Source of the DNA: Candidatus Accumulibacter regalis
GTDB lineage: Bacteria; Pseudomonadota; Gammaproteobacteria; Burkholderiales; Rhodocyclaceae
Assembly: GCA_000585075.1 (NCBI GenBank)
Contig: JEMY01000029.1
Coordinates: forward strand, 2,616 to 66,615
DNA length: 64,000 bases
Direction of reading: 5' to 3'
Within the stretch, counting starts at the first letter, position 1; each line of letters starts with the position of its first letter. The notes beneath the pieces are model-generated. The model was not told where the DNA came from. It ran no database searches and saw only the letters and a program-made list of their open reading frames with translations. This document shows positions 32,089-43,392 of this stretch, piece after piece. Both the position numbers and the translations under genes were made by a program.

Positions 32089-33294
32089 TCAGAGTTTGAT
32101 GCCCGATTTATCGGCAACGGTGTGCATATCCTTGTCACCGCGACCGGAGAGGTTGACCAGCAGGATCTTGTCTTTGGGCAGCGTCGGCGCCAGCTTGCTG
32201 GCGTAGGCCAGGGCATGGCTCGATTCGAGCGCCGGGATGATGCCTTCGAGACGGCACAGGTCGTGAAAGGCCTTTAGCGCATCGGCGTCGTCGATGCTGA
32301 CGTATTCGGCGCGGCCGCTATCTTTGAGCCAGGCGTGCTCGGGGCCGACTCCAGGGTAATCGAGGCCGGCCGAAATCGAATGGGTTTCGGTGATCTGACC
32401 ATTCTCGTCCTGCAGGAGATAGGTGCGGTTGCCGTGCAGGACGCCCGGACGACCGGCGGTCAGCGAAGCGGCATGATGTCCGGTCGCGATCCCCGCGCCG
32501 GCCGCTTCGACGCCGATCAGACGCACCCCGGGAACCGGGATATAGGGATGGAAGATACCCATCGCGTTCGAGCCACCGCCGACGCAGGCGATCACCACAT
32601 CCGGTTGGCGACCGCACTGCTCGAGCATCTGCGCAATCGACTCGCGGCCGATGACCGACTGGAAGTCGCGCACCATCATCGGATAGGGATGCGGGCCGGC
32701 AACCGTGCCGATGATGTAGAAAGTGTCGGAAACCTGTGCCACCCAGTCACGCATCGCTTCGTTGAGCGCGTCCTTGAGCGTTCGTGAACCACTATTGACT
32801 GGTACCACCGTCGCGCCGAGCAGCTTCATGCGGTAGACATTGGCCATCTGCCGCTGGATGTCGTCGGCCCCCATATACACCACGCATTCCATGCCATAGC
32901 GAGCCGCCACGGTCGCCGTCGCAACGCCGTGCTGGCCGGCGCCGGTTTCGGCAATGACGCGCCCCTTGTGCATGCGCCGGGCGAGCAGCGCCTGGCCAAT
33001 GCAGTTGTTGATCTTGTGCGCCCCGGTGTGGTTGAGGTCTTCGCGCTTCAGATGGATTTGCGCACCGCCAAGCAGTTCTGACCAGCGCCGGGCGTGGTAG
33101 ATGGGACTCGGACGGCCGACATAGTGGCGCAGCTCGTGGTCGAATTCGGCGACGAACTGCGGATCGCGTTGCGCGCTGGCGTAGGCCTCCTTCAGCTCGT
33201 CGAGCGCACCGATCAGGGTTTCTGCGACAAAAACACCGCCGTACTGGCCAAAATGGCCCGCAGCGTCGGGCAAATCATAAACATCAACGGCCAT
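32089..33294 (-). CDS. trpB: Tryptophan synthase beta subunit (TrpB1)
   Basis: [38 protein letters not shown]. Confidence 0.97.
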   Translation of the reverse strand: MAVDVYDLPDAAGHFGQYGGVFVAETLIGALDELKEAYASAQRDPQFVAEFDHELRHYVGRPSPIYHARRWSELLGGAQIHLKREDLNHTGAHKINNCIGQALLARRMHKGRVIAETGAGQHGVATATVAARYGMECVVYMGADDIQRQMANVYRMKLLGATVVPVNSGSRTLKDALNEAMRDWVAQVSDTFYIIGTVAGPHPYPMMVRDFQSVIGRESIAQMLEQCGRQPDVVIACVGGGSNAMGIFHPYIPVPGVRLIGVEAAGAGIATGHHAASLTAGRPGVLHGNRTYLLQDENGQITETHSISAGLDYPGVGPEHAWLKDSGRAEYVSIDDADALKAFHDLCRLEGIIPALESSHALAYASKLAPTLPKDKILLVNLSGRGDKDMHTVADKSGIKL

Positions 33295-33453
33295 CAACAA
33301 TCTCCTTGCGGCGGTTTGCGACAAAAACATCTGCAGCGTCTCGAACGTCCGGCCCGCCGCTGCACCGCCACAGGCATTCCCGGCCGGATGGCGTTCAGTG
33401 GCTGCGCTCGCGCCCGGCGCCAATCCGGCAGGTCCAGCGCAGCTGCGCTTGCG

Positions 33454-34095
33454 CTATCCGTCGCTGCTTTCCGATCCTGCCGCCCGCAGCGCGGCGACAA
33501 AGGCGCGGATCTTTTCGACATCCTTGATTCCCTTGCCTGCCTCGACGCCCGACGAGACATCAACTGCTGCCGGGCGCACACGGCGCACCGCTTCGCCGAC
33601 ATTGTCGGCATCCAGGCCACCGGAGAGGATCAGTGGCTTGCCCAGCGATTGGGGCACCAACGCCCAGTCGAAAATCTTGCCACCACCACCGTAGCCTTCG
33701 ACAAAGGCGTCGAGAAGGATGGCTTGCGCCGAAGGGAAGCGAGCCGCGTATTGTACCAAATCCAGTCCGGGCCTGACGCGCGCCGCCTTGATGTACGGCC
33801 GATCGAACTGCCGGCAATACCCCTCGTCCTCGTCGCCGTGAAACTGCAACAGGTGGATCGGCAGCGCGGCCAGCGTTGCGCGTACCAGCGCCGGATCGGC
33901 ATTGACGAAGAGTCCGACGATGGTGACGAATGGCGGCACGGCGTTGGCCAGCGCAGCCGCCGCCCGCAGGTCGACGTAGCGCGGACTTGGCGGAAAAAAA
34001 ACCAGGCCCAGCGCGTCGGCACCCTCGCGCACGGCGCACAGCAGATCCTCGCGGCGAGTCAGCCCGCAAATCTTGAGGCGCGGAATCCTGGCCAT
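33454..34095 (-). CDS. trpF: N-(5'-phosphoribosyl)anthranilate isomerase
   Basis: KICGLT, QFHGDE, LSGGL, DVSSGVE; alternative in-frame ATGs at 34113 and 34125. Confidence 0.95.
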   Translation of the reverse strand: MARIPRLKICGLTRREDLLCAVREGADALGLVFFPPSPRYVDLRAAAALANAVPPFVTIVGLFVNADPALVRATLAALPIHLLQFHGDEDEGYCRQFDRPYIKAARVRPGLDLVQYAARFPSAQAILLDAFVEGYGGGGKIFDWALVPQSLGKPLILSGGLDADNVGEAVRRVRPAAVDVSSGVEAGKGIKDVEKIRAFVAALRAAGSESSDG

Positions 34096-34103
34096 GGCGG
34101 TCG

Positions 34104-34132
34104 CCCTGCTCATCTCCCTGCTCATCTCCCTG
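34104..34132. repeat. 12-bp tandem repeat (CCCTGCTCATCT) x2.4 at the truA/trpF junction
   Basis: Read directly from the sequence. Confidence 0.9.
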
Positions 34133-34916
34133 GCCCGACGGGAAGCAGCTGGGCCTCTTCGCCGAACGGCAGGCCCCAGTGCGGCGGGTACTTGACTGCG
34201 GCGAGATAGAGCCCGGCGGCAGCGAAGGTTGGCGCCGCCAGGCGGCGATCGCCGGCCGCCAGCAGTTCGCCAATCCACCCCGGTGGATGCTTGCCCTGAC
34301 CGACGTGAACCAGACTTCCGACCAGGTTGCGCACCATGTGGTGAAGAAAGGCCGAGGCCTCGAAATCAAACACAAGGAGCTCGCCGACACGCGTGACCTC
34401 GGCCTTGTGCATGAGCTTGACGGGTGAGTGTGCCTGGCATTGCGCCGCCCGAAAAGCCGAGAAATCGTGCTCGCCGAGCAACAGCGCAGCGCCAGCCTGC
34501 AGCGCGCCCAGATCAAGCGGATGGTGGTACCAGCCAACGCGGCCGGGCCATAGCCCGGTGCGGTGCGCCCGGTTGAGGAGCAGATAGCGATAGTGTCGGG
34601 CATAGGCCGAGGCGCGCGCGTGGAAATCGTCGGCAACCGGCTGCGCCCAGCGCACGGCGACCGCTGGCGGCAGGAAGGTGTTGATTCCTCGCACCCAGGA
34701 GAACATCGGCCGCTCAAGGGGTGTGTCGAAATGCACCACCTGGCCCAAGGCATGCACGCCGGCGTCGGTACGCCCGGCACAGATCACCCGCACCGCCGTG
34801 CCAGCGAACTGCTGCAAGGCTTCCTGGAAGGCGTCCTGGACCGTACCGCCACCAGGCTGCTTCTGCCAGCCGCGATAAGCACTCCCGTCGTATTCGACGG
34901 CCAGGGCGATGCGCAC
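34122..34916 (-). CDS. truA: tRNA pseudouridine(38-40) synthase
   Basis: EYDGSAYRGWQ, AGRTDAGVHA, FLHHMVRN. Confidence 0.96.
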   Translation of the reverse strand: MRIALAVEYDGSAYRGWQKQPGGGTVQDAFQEALQQFAGTAVRVICAGRTDAGVHALGQVVHFDTPLERPMFSWVRGINTFLPPAVAVRWAQPVADDFHARASAYARHYRYLLLNRAHRTGLWPGRVGWYHHPLDLGALQAGAALLLGEHDFSAFRAAQCQAHSPVKLMHKAEVTRVGELLVFDFEASAFLHHMVRNLVGSLVHVGQGKHPPGWIGELLAAGDRRLAAPTFAAAGLYLAAVKYPPHWGLPFGEEAQLLPVGPGR

Positions 34917-34919
34917 GCG

Positions 34920-35516
34920 CTAAGCCTGGCGGAGAAGAAAGGCGCCGACGACACCGGCGACAAGCAGAATCAGCGCCGGGTCGGACCACGAAAAGGGCCG
35001 GTCAGCGAGTTCAAAGACCTCACCCTCTCCCCCCGTGTTCGGCGCCTTGAGCATGATCCGCCAGTCGCGCGGACGCGGCAAGGTCTCGATGTGGCGCATC
35101 ACCAAGAGGAGGCGCACGACGCTGCGGTCGGGGTCGACGCCACAGCGCCGCAGCGGCTGCAGCAGGCGATGAGTGGCGACCAGCAGTTCGGGCACAGGCA
35201 TCCATTCCACAAGTACCGCCACCGCACTCAAGGCGAGCAGCAAGCGCCCGCCATGCGTCGCGGCGGCGAGCAAGCCCTCGCGAGTGGGGGCGAGAGCACC
35301 GCCCCAGGCAGGTTCGCCCGCCGCCCCCCAGGCGACGATGACGAACAGCGACAGGAACAGCCAGCGCGTCCGCCAGGCGAGGCGCAGCGCACGGCGAAGT
35401 GCTGCCGGGCCAAGAAACGGTAGGACAAGAAGAGCGGCGAGCAGTTGTTCGCCATCCAGGCACTGGCTCGCCAGCAGCAGCAACAGCCAGACGACCAGGC
35501 GGGTTGTGGGATGCAC
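34920..35516 (-). CDS. CbiQ/EcfT-like ECF transporter T-component protein
   Basis: Hydrophobic N-half, LRRALRLAWRTRW, LLQPLRRCG; located between fimV and truA. Confidence 0.7.
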   Translation of the reverse strand: MHPTTRLVVWLLLLLASQCLDGEQLLAALLVLPFLGPAALRRALRLAWRTRWLFLSLFVIVAWGAAGEPAWGGALAPTREGLLAAATHGGRLLLALSAVAVLVEWMPVPELLVATHRLLQPLRRCGVDPDRSVVRLLLVMRHIETLPRPRDWRIMLKAPNTGGEGEVFELADRPFSWSDPALILLVAGVVGAFLLRQA

Positions 35517-35590
35517 GGCGGACCAGCTTTCGTGTGGAGGGATCGACAGACCGCCAAGACCGGAATTCTCGTTCCGATGGCGGTCGACGT

Positions 35591-38500
35591 CTACTCGCGC
35601 AACTCGCCGAGGATGGCCAGCGCCGCTTCACGCTGCGCTGCGTCGCCATCCTTGATGACCTCTTGCAGGAGCTCGCGTGCGCCTTCGAGATCACCCATTT
35701 CCTGGTAGGCCTTGGCGAGGTCGATCTTGGTAGCCACCTCTTCGCTGGAGCTGATGTCGGCGTCGCTCGCCAAATCCATATCGGATGAAAACGCGAAATC
35801 GGCCGTGCTGTCGGCCTGCGTCGTCGAGAAATCCGGGTTGACCAGCGTGTCTTCCTGGTCGGCTTCGAAAACAGAGCCCGCGGAGCCAGCAGACTCGGCG
35901 GCTTCGGGCACGGCGGCGCCAGAGCGGCCGTCGCGATCGCTGTCTTCCAGGTCCAGGTTGATCGACGACATGTCGAACGACGGATGCTGCATTCCCTCGC
36001 CAAGGACGGTCGACTCGGTCAGCGTGACGTCAAACTCCAGCGCGTCAGCGTCAGCGTCCGCCACCGCATTGTCGGGCACCTCGGCGGGCTCAAGCGGCGG
36101 CACCTCCTGCGTCTCGGCGGTTCGGTCGACCGGTTCTTCGACGCCCAGATCGAACTCGAAGTCGAGACCCGCGCCGGGCTGCGAAGATGTCTCGCGCGCA
36201 TCGGCCCCGATCAGCATCGTCTCCTCGGGCATTCCGAATTCCTCCACCGGGATTGGCGGAGAATCGGGTTCGGCATCGTCAAATTCGCTCTCGGACGACG
36301 CCGAGGCTCTTGGCAAGGATGTCGCAAAATCAAAATCAAGGGCAGCCCCCGGCGCGGGACTCGGGAACGAGAGCGTCGTCTCGAGAAAATCGTCGTCAGC
36401 GACGACTGGCGAATCTGGCGTCGCGTCGCCGGCCCCGAGATCGAAATCGAGGTCCGCCAGATCGCTCGCTGCGCTCGCCCCGGAGGCCGTCGGCGCAGCA
36501 GAAGCCGCAGACTGAACAGGCGATTTCGCCGGCTCGGGCTCGGCGGGCCTGACCAAGGTATCTTCGTGCTCGGCCTCCGAAGCGGCTGCCGCTGGCCGGT
36601 CGTGTTTAACGATCAGCGTGTCTTCATACGACGGATCGACGGCCATCGTGTCGTGGCCGGGTCGCTCAATGGCGATGGTTTTCTCACTGGGGTCGACGCC
36701 ACCGTCATCCACTGCTGCAGACTCGGACGCAGCCGGTGGCTGCTCGGCTTGCCCAGCCGAGCCGAACAGGGCGTTCTTGGGATCAAGCTGGAGGCCCATG
36801 GCGGCCGCTTTTTCCCAATCGCTGCCAAAACCGCCGGTGGCGTTGAACAGCTCCGTCGCCAGCGCATCGAACGGCTTGATATCCTTGCGGCTAAAGTAGA
36901 TCTCGAGCAGCTTCAAGTGAATCGCATGCCGCTCGGGATCCTTCTGGCGAGCCTCCAGGAGGATCTCTTCGGCCTGCGCGTCCCGCCCATACGCCATATA
37001 GACGTCGGCCTCGGCAACCGGATCGACCTCGTCGGTGTCGATGCTGCCGGGACCGGCCTGGCTGAAATCGGTCTGTGCCATCGAGTGCGAGGTATCGACG
37101 CTCTGCCCGCCCGTACTGCGAAATACCGAGTTGGCCACCAGGCTGTTGTCGCCCTGCGGTGCAAGCGTGCTGAGCTGCGAATCGAGAGGACCCTCGCCCC
37201 CGCCCTGGCGACGCCGTCTGGCCAGCCAGTACGCGGCGAGCAGCGCGAGAATGCCACCGCCTGCGGCCATGAACGACGTACTCGTCAGCAAGTCGTCGAG
37301 GAAACTCGGCTCTTCGGGCGGCGGCAATACGATCTTTGGTTTCGGCGCCGCCGCCGGTTTTGGCGGTTCGACCGGCTTGGGCTCTTCCGCCTTGACTTCG
37401 GCCTTGGGCTCCTCGGGCTTTTGCTCCGCCTGGGCGAGCACTTCGCTCGGCCGGCTCTCGGCAGGCTGCGCCGGCGGCCTGTCCATCGACATCGCAGGTG
37501 CCGCTGCACTGGCAACGGGCGCCGCCGGGCTGGCGGCTGGCGCAACGATCGCGGCGGCCGGTGGCATCGGTGCGGGCTGGCCCGCCGCCTGCTTCTCCAG
37601 CTCAGCCAGGCTCTGACTCTTCAACTCGACCAGCCGTTGCAACTCGGCCACGTTCCTCTCGAGAGCCGCCAAACGCTCGTTGGCTTCCTTGAGCGCCTGC
37701 TCCTTGGCGATCAGATCCTCGTCGCTGCGCTTGCCGGTCGCCACCGGCTTGCCGCCGGGAAGCTCGCTCTTCGAGACCTTCAGTTGATCCTTGGGCTCTG
37801 CAAGAGGCGCCGCCGAATCCTGGACTTTGGTCGTGATCTTGCCTGACGCTTGCTGCCGCGCCTCCTCTTCGGCGGCCGGAGAATCAGCCGCCGTCGAGGC
37901 GAGTTTGCGACGGTAGGAACTCCAGTCCGACGACTGCGCAATCACCACCCGTCTGGCTTCGTCCTGCGAAATCGTGCTCAGACTGCCTTTATCCGGTATC
38001 GACAGAATCTTGCCGGCGCGCAGGCGATTCATGTTGCCGCGGTCGAACGCGTCCTCGTTGGCACGGAACAGGCCAACCAGCATCTGGTCGAGAGACACTC
38101 CCTCCGGCCGGGTTTCACGAGCGATCTTGCTCAGCGTTTCGCCGCGTTCGACCCGGCGCGTTCCGCCGCCAGCTGCTGACGGCTGCTCCGGAGGTGATGG
38201 GGCACGCGCCTGCACCATGGGCCGCGCCGGAGCAGCGCGCGCGGCTCCGGTCTCAGGCCCGCGCGCTTCACTCGCCGGCCTGGCCGGCGTCACTGGCCGG
38301 GCACCCAGAGCCGGGCCAGTGGAGGCACCTGCTCGGGCGGCAAACTCGGGAGGATCGAGCAGAAACGTGTAATCGCGAATCAAGCGCCCGGTTGGCCAAT
38401 TGAGCTCTAGGAGCAGGTCGACGAACGGGTCGTTGATGGGCCGAGAGGAAGTCAGTTTGATGATCGAACGGCCGCTGGGATTCTTGGTGATCGCGAAACT

Positions 38501-38776
38501 GATCCCCAGCAGCGTCGAGGAGTAGTCGACGCCGGCCCGCTTGAACTCATCGGGAGCCGCCAGCTTGGCCTGCATTTCCGCAATCTCTTCGCGCGTCGCG
38601 AAGACCTCCACCTCGGCGCGCAAAGGCTGGCCGAGCGCCGAGAAGACGGTGATCTGGCCCAGCCCCGCGGCCTCGCTGGCCACAGGCACGGAGGCCAGCA
38701 CCAGTGATGACGCCACCGCCCATACCGAGGTCCGCAATCTGAAATCCTTTGCTGTCTGACGTATTTTTCTGGCCAC
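35591..38776 (-). CDS. fimV: FimV/HubP polar landmark protein
   Basis: Signal peptide plus LGQITVFSALGQPL, LysM-like region, TM segment, DPVAEADVYMAYGR, acidic region, C-terminal TKIDLAKAYQEMGD. Confidence 0.92.
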   Translation of the reverse strand: MARKIRQTAKDFRLRTSVWAVASSLVLASVPVASEAAGLGQITVFSALGQPLRAEVEVFATREEIAEMQAKLAAPDEFKRAGVDYSSTLLGISFAITKNPSGRSIIKLTSSRPINDPFVDLLLELNWPTGRLIRDYTFLLDPPEFAARAGASTGPALGARPVTPARPASEARGPETGAARAAPARPMVQARAPSPPEQPSAAGGGTRRVERGETLSKIARETRPEGVSLDQMLVGLFRANEDAFDRGNMNRLRAGKILSIPDKGSLSTISQDEARRVVIAQSSDWSSYRRKLASTAADSPAAEEEARQQASGKITTKVQDSAAPLAEPKDQLKVSKSELPGGKPVATGKRSDEDLIAKEQALKEANERLAALERNVAELQRLVELKSQSLAELEKQAAGQPAPMPPAAAIVAPAASPAAPVASAAAPAMSMDRPPAQPAESRPSEVLAQAEQKPEEPKAEVKAEEPKPVEPPKPAAAPKPKIVLPPPEEPSFLDDLLTSTSFMAAGGGILALLAAYWLARRRRQGGGEGPLDSQLSTLAPQGDNSLVANSVFRSTGGQSVDTSHSMAQTDFSQAGPGSIDTDEVDPVAEADVYMAYGRDAQAEEILLEARQKDPERHAIHLKLLEIYFSRKDIKPFDALATELFNATGGFGSDWEKAAAMGLQLDPKNALFGSAGQAEQPPAASESAAVDDGGVDPSEKTIAIERPGHDTMAVDPSYEDTLIVKHDRPAAAASEAEHEDTLVRPAEPEPAKSPVQSAASAAPTASGASAASDLADLDFDLGAGDATPDSPVVADDDFLETTLSFPSPAPGAALDFDFATSLPRASASSESEFDDAEPDSPPIPVEEFGMPEETMLIGADARETSSQPGAGLDFEFDLGVEEPVDRTAETQEVPPLEPAEVPDNAVADADADALEFDVTLTESTVLGEGMQHPSFDMSSINLDLEDSDRDGRSGAAVPEAAESAGSAGSVFEADQEDTLVNPDFSTTQADSTADFAFSSDMDLASDADISSSEEVATKIDLAKAYQEMGDLEGARELLQEVIKDGDAAQREAALAILGELRE

Positions 38777-38809
38777 GGCGCCACCCTGAGCGTCGAAATC
38801 GGAATTATT

Positions 38810-38838
38810 AAAATAACATCATGGGGTTAGCCATGCAA
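38810..38838 (-). promoter_or_regulatory. Putative sigma70 promoter of fimV
   Basis: Minus strand TTGCAT-17 nt (ending TGT)-TATTTT in an AT-rich island. Confidence 0.45.
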
Positions 38839-38918
38839 GCTAAACTTGCTTCTGAATCACGGCCCGGACAAAGCCCCAAACCCGGCCTGTCACAAGTACT
38901 TTGTTTATTCAATTTCAA

Positions 38919-40049
38919 TCAGCTATCGATCAGAACACGAAGCATGCGACGAAGCGGTTCAGCCGCCCCCCAGAGCAACTGGTCGCCGACCGTAAACGCA
39001 CCAAGGTACTCCCCGCCCATCGCCAGCTTGTGCAGCCGCCCGACCGGGACCGACAAGCTGCCGGTCACCGCCGCCGGGGTCAACTCGCGCTCGCTGATTT
39101 CGCGTTCGTTGGCAACGACTTTCACCCACTCATTCCCCTGCGCGATGATCGCGTTGACTTCGTCGAGCGGGACATCGCGCTTGAGCTTGATGGTCAGTCC
39201 CTGCGAATGGCAACGCATGGCGCCGACACGTACGCAGAGCCCGTCAACCGGAATACTGCCCGGCGAACGAAACGGCGGGCGGCCGAGGATCTTGTTGCAC
39301 TCGGCGCCGCCCTTCCATTCTTCCTTCGACTGCCCGTGTTCGACCGACGCATCGATCCACGGGATCACGCTACCGGCGAGCGCCGTGTGCCGGAAGTTGC
39401 TGGTCGGAAAATCCGCCGAGCGCATGGTTTCAGCAACCTTGCGATCGATGTCCAGAATCGCCGAAGCCGGATCGGCCAACTCGGACTTCACCGCATCGTG
39501 CAGCACGCCCATCTGCAGCAGAAGCTCGCGCATGTTCTGTGCGCCGGCCCCCGATGCCGCCTGGTAGGTCATCGCGCTGACCCACTCGACGAGGTCCTGC
39601 CGGAACAGTCCGCCGAGCCCCATCAGCATCAGCGAAACCGTGCAGTTGCCGCCGATCCAGTTTCGGCCACCGTTGGCCAGGGCAGCGTCGATAACCTCGC
39701 GGTTCACCGGATCGAGGATGATCACCGCATCGTCCTTCATGCGCAGCGTCGACGCGGCGTCGATCCAGTGACCATTCCAGCCAGCGGCGCGCAGGCGGGG
39801 GAAGACCTCCTTCGTGTAGTCACCGCCCTGGCAGGTGACGACAATGTCCATCTGCTTGAGGGAGTCGATCGACATCGCATCGTGCAGGCTGCCCGCTTCC
39901 CTGCCCGCGAGCAGCGGCGCCTTGCCGCCGACGGCGGAAGTCGAGAAGTAGAGCGGCTCGATGTGCTCGAAGTCGCCCTCTTCCACCATTCTTTGCATCA
40001 GCACCGAACCGACCATGCCGCGCCAACCGACCAGACCTACCTTGTTCAT
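38919..40049 (-). CDS. asd: Aspartate-semialdehyde dehydrogenase
   Basis: [43 protein letters not shown]. Confidence 0.97.
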   Translation of the reverse strand: MNKVGLVGWRGMVGSVLMQRMVEEGDFEHIEPLYFSTSAVGGKAPLLAGREAGSLHDAMSIDSLKQMDIVVTCQGGDYTKEVFPRLRAAGWNGHWIDAASTLRMKDDAVIILDPVNREVIDAALANGGRNWIGGNCTVSLMLMGLGGLFRQDLVEWVSAMTYQAASGAGAQNMRELLLQMGVLHDAVKSELADPASAILDIDRKVAETMRSADFPTSNFRHTALAGSVIPWIDASVEHGQSKEEWKGGAECNKILGRPPFRSPGSIPVDGLCVRVGAMRCHSQGLTIKLKRDVPLDEVNAIIAQGNEWVKVVANEREISERELTPAAVTGSLSVPVGRLHKLAMGGEYLGAFTVGDQLLWGAAEPLRRMLRVLIDS

Positions 40050-40088
40050 TTGTTCACCTCTGCCAGAAATCCCGTTGAATCGCTTCAC

Positions 40089-41171
40089 TCAATTCACGCA
40101 CTCGACTTGCAGCGCGGCGAGTACCGCGTCGCCCATCTCGCGGGTACCGACCTGCCGCATTCCGGGCTCATGGATGTCAGCCGTCCGGTAGCCCTGGCCC
40201 AGCACCTTCTTGACCGCGTTCTCGATACGCTGGGCAGCGTCATGACGCGCAAAAGTGTAACGCAACATCATCGCCGCCGAGAGGATCGTAGCCAGCGGAT
40301 TGGCGATCCCCTGACCAGCAATATCCGGCGCCGATCCGTGACAGGGTTCGTACATGCCCTTGTTGTTGGCGTCCAGTGACGCCGAAGGCAACATGCCGAT
40401 CGAACCGGTGAGCATCGCCGCCTCGTCGGAGAGAATGTCACCGAACATGTTGCCGGTGACGATGACGTCGAACTGCTTCGGATTGCGTACCAGCTGCATC
40501 GCCGCGTTGTCGACCAGCATGTGGCTGAGCACGACATCGGGATAGTCTGCCGCGGTCTCGATGGCCACGTCGCGCCACAGTTGCGTCGTTTCCAGGACGT
40601 TCATCTTGTCCACCGAGCACAGCCTGCCACTGCGCTTGCGCGCCGCCTCGAAAGCGACGCGCAGGATGCGGCGAATCTCGCTCTCGCTGTAGTGCATGGT
40701 GTTGAATCCAAAGCGTTCCTGACGGCCATCGACGTCGCGCGTCTCGATACCGCGCGGTTGACCGAAATAGATGTCGCCGGTCAGCTCGCGAACGATGAGG
40801 ATGTCGAGACCGGCGACGACTTCGCTTTTCAGCGTCGAGGCGTTGGCCAGTTCCGGATAGAGGATCGCCGGGCGCAGGTTGGCGAACAGGCCGAGTTGCT
40901 GGCGGATGGCGAGCAGACCGCGCTCCGGGCGCAGCGCGCGCGGCAGCGCGTCCCATTGCGGGCCACCGACGGCACCGAGGAGCACCGCGTCGGCCGCCTG
41001 CGCCAGGCGCTGGGTGGCTTCCGGGTACGGATCACCGGTGGCATCGACGGCGCCACCGCCGAGCAGCGCTTCTTCCATCGTGCAGTCGAGGTCGAGCGCG
41101 CGCAGGACGCGCACCGCCTCAGCCATGATCTCCGGGCCAATCCCGTCTCCCGGGAGAAGACAAATCTTCAT
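40089..41171 (-). CDS. leuB: 3-isopropylmalate dehydrogenase
   Basis: [40 protein letters not shown]. Confidence 0.97.
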   Translation of the reverse strand: MKICLLPGDGIGPEIMAEAVRVLRALDLDCTMEEALLGGGAVDATGDPYPEATQRLAQAADAVLLGAVGGPQWDALPRALRPERGLLAIRQQLGLFANLRPAILYPELANASTLKSEVVAGLDILIVRELTGDIYFGQPRGIETRDVDGRQERFGFNTMHYSESEIRRILRVAFEAARKRSGRLCSVDKMNVLETTQLWRDVAIETAADYPDVVLSHMLVDNAAMQLVRNPKQFDVIVTGNMFGDILSDEAAMLTGSIGMLPSASLDANNKGMYEPCHGSAPDIAGQGIANPLATILSAAMMLRYTFARHDAAQRIENAVKKVLGQGYRTADIHEPGMRQVGTREMGDAVLAALQVECVN

Positions 41172-41181
41172 TTACACTTCC

Positions 41182-41820
41182 TCAGGCGAACAGCCAGGGC
41201 TGTTCGCTACGACGGCGCTCTTCAAAGGCCTTGATCAGCTCGGCGTGGCGCAAGGTCAATCCGATGTCGTCCCAGCCATTGAGCAGGCACTCCTTGCGGA
41301 AGGCATCGACGGCAAACGGCAAGACCTTGCCATCGGGGCACACCACCTGTTGCTGTTCGAGGTCGACGAGCAATCGACAAGCCGGCGTCGAGTCGACCAG
41401 CGCAAACAGGGCGTCGACGTCGCTTGCCGGCAACACGATTGGCAGAATGCCGTTCTTGAAGCAGTTGTTGAAAAAGATGTCGGCGAAACTCTCGGCGATC
41501 ACCGCCCGGAAGCCGAAGTCAAGCAGGGCCCAGGGCGCATGCTCGCGCGAACTTCCACAGCCGAAGTTCTTGCGCGTCAGCAGAATCTGCGCGCCCTGAT
41601 AACGTGCTTGATTGAGGACGAAATCGGGCTTCAGCGGCCGCTGCGAATTGTCCTTGCCAGGCTCACCCACGTCCAGGTAGCGCCATTCGTCGAACAGGTT
41701 CGGACCGAAGCCCGAACGCTTGATCGACTTCAGGAACTGCTTGGGAATGATCGCGTCGGTATCGACGTTGGCGCGGTCGAGTGGCGCCACCAAGCCTTCA
41801 AGACGAACGAACTTGTCCAT
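41182..41820 (-). CDS. leuD: 3-isopropylmalate dehydratase small subunit
   Basis: [24 protein letters not shown]. Confidence 0.97.
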   Translation of the reverse strand: MDKFVRLEGLVAPLDRANVDTDAIIPKQFLKSIKRSGFGPNLFDEWRYLDVGEPGKDNSQRPLKPDFVLNQARYQGAQILLTRKNFGCGSSREHAPWALLDFGFRAVIAESFADIFFNNCFKNGILPIVLPASDVDALFALVDSTPACRLLVDLEQQQVVCPDGKVLPFAVDAFRKECLLNGWDDIGLTLRHAELIKAFEERRRSEQPWLFA

Positions 41821-41841
41821 TCTCTTCCTTGTCTGGCGCCC

Positions 41842-41970
41842 CTATTTGGCCGCCTTTTCAATCGCCTGCCCGCCCTTGGAGATATCCTTGCCAACGCCTT
41901 GCACGGTGTTGCAGGCAGTCAGCGAAAGCGCCACGGCAAGCGCGCCAAACAGCAATGTCAAGCGTTTCAT
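41842..41970 (-). CDS. Entericidin A/B-family lipoprotein (42 aa, absent from the ORF track)
   Basis: MKRLTLLFGALAVALSLTACNTVQGVGKDISKGGQAIEKAAK; lipobox LTA-C, CNTxxGxGxD motif, AGGAG RBS. Confidence 0.9.
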   Translation of the reverse strand: MKRLTLLFGALAVALSLTACNTVQGVGKDISKGGQAIEKAAK

Positions 41971-41985
41971 CCCTTCTCCTTTGCG

Positions 41986-43392
41986 TCAGAGCAACTCGCG
42001 TACATCGCAAAAATGCCCGGCAATCGCCGCCGCCGCAGCCATCTCCGGGCTGACGAGATGGGTGCGACCACCGGCCCCCTGGCGACCCTCGAAGTTGCGG
42101 TTCGAAGTCGAAGCGCAGCGCTCGCCGGGCTCCAGGCGGTCGGCGTTCATCGCCAGGCACATCGAACATCCAGGCTCGCGCCACTCGAAACCGGCAGCGC
42201 GAAAGATCTCGTCGAGCCCTTCTTCCTCGGCCTGCCGCTTGACCAGCCCCGAACCGGGGACGACCAGCGCCAGACGGAGGCTGCCGGCCACCTTCTTGCC
42301 GCGCACGACAGCCGCGGCGGCACGCAGATCCTCGATCCGCGAATTGGTACACGAGCCAATGAAGACCTTGTCGAGGCGAATCTCCCGAATCGGCACATTG
42401 GCGCCAAGCCCCATGTAAACCAGCGCCCGCTCCATCCCCTCGCGCTTGACGGGATCGGGCTCCTGCGCCGGATCCGGCACACAGGCATCGATCGCCACCA
42501 CCATTTCGGGAGACGTCCCCCAGGTCACCTGCGGCCTGATCGCCTCGGCGGACAACTCGATGACGCTGTCGAACTCGGCGCCGTCGTCGCTGCGCAGCGT
42601 CCGCCAGTGGACCACGGCACGCTCCCACAGCTCGCCCTGCGGCGCGAACGGACGGCCGCGCAGGTAGTCGATCGTCACTTCGTCAACCGCCACCATGCCC
42701 AGGCGCGCGCCCGCTTCGATGGCCATGTTGCAGAGCGTCATCCGCCCTTCCATCGACAGTCCGCGAATCGCGCTGCCGGCAAACTCGAGCGCATAACCGG
42801 TGCCACCGGCGGTACCGATACGGGCAATGATCGCCAGCGCGACGTCCTTGGCCGTCACCCCCTTGGCGAGCAAGCCATCGACGCGCAGCAGCATCGTCTT
42901 CGACTTCTTCTGCAGCAGGCACTGCGTCGCCAGGACGTGCTCGACCTCGGAAGTACCGATGCCGTGCGCCATGCACGCGAAGGCACCGTGCGTGCTGGTG
43001 TGCGAATCACCGCAGACGACGGTCATCCCGGGTAGCGTCGCACCGTTCTCGGGGCCAACCACGTGCACGATCCCCTGGCGCGGATCCTTGAACGGGAAAA
43101 AGGCCAGCGCACCGACTTCGCGGATATTGGCGTCCAGCGTCTCGACCTGCAGGCGTGCGATCGGATCCTCGATGCCGCGATCCCAGTGGTCGGTGGGCGT
43201 GTTGTGGTCCGCCGTAGCGACGATCGAAGACACCCGCCATGGCTTGCGGCCGGCCAGCTTCAAGCCCTCGAAGGCCTGCGGACTGGTCACCTCGTGCACC
43301 AGGTGGCGGTCGATATAGATCAGCGCGGTACCGTCGACCTGCTGATGGACGACGTGGTCCTGCCAAAGTTTTTCGTACAAGGTCTGCGGCAT
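41986..43392 (-). CDS. leuC: 3-isopropylmalate dehydratase large subunit
   Basis: [34 protein letters not shown] Fe-S cysteines. Confidence 0.97.
   Translation of the reverse strand: MPQTLYEKLWQDHVVHQQVDGTALIYIDRHLVHEVTSPQAFEGLKLAGRKPWRVSSIVATADHNTPTDHWDRGIEDPIARLQVETLDANIREVGALAFFPFKDPRQGIVHVVGPENGATLPGMTVVCGDSHTSTHGAFACMAHGIGTSEVEHVLATQCLLQKKSKTMLLRVDGLLAKGVTAKDVALAIIARIGTAGGTGYALEFAGSAIRGLSMEGRMTLCNMAIEAGARLGMVAVDEVTIDYLRGRPFAPQGELWERAVVHWRTLRSDDGAEFDSVIELSAEAIRPQVTWGTSPEMVVAIDACVPDPAQEPDPVKREGMERALVYMGLGANVPIREIRLDKVFIGSCTNSRIEDLRAAAAVVRGKKVAGSLRLALVVPGSGLVKRQAEEEGLDEIFRAAGFEWREPGCSMCLAMNADRLEPGERCASTSNRNFEGRQGAGGRTHLVSPEMAAAAAIAGHFCDVRELL

Noticed and set aside
35984-37846. 620-aa plus-strand ORF
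   Set aside because: Antisense to fimV, Arg/Gly-rich, no motifs
40879-43035. 718-aa plus-strand ORF
   Set aside because: Antisense shadow of leuB/leuD/leuC with no protein motifs; long stop-free antisense frames are expected in GC-rich, codon-biased genes
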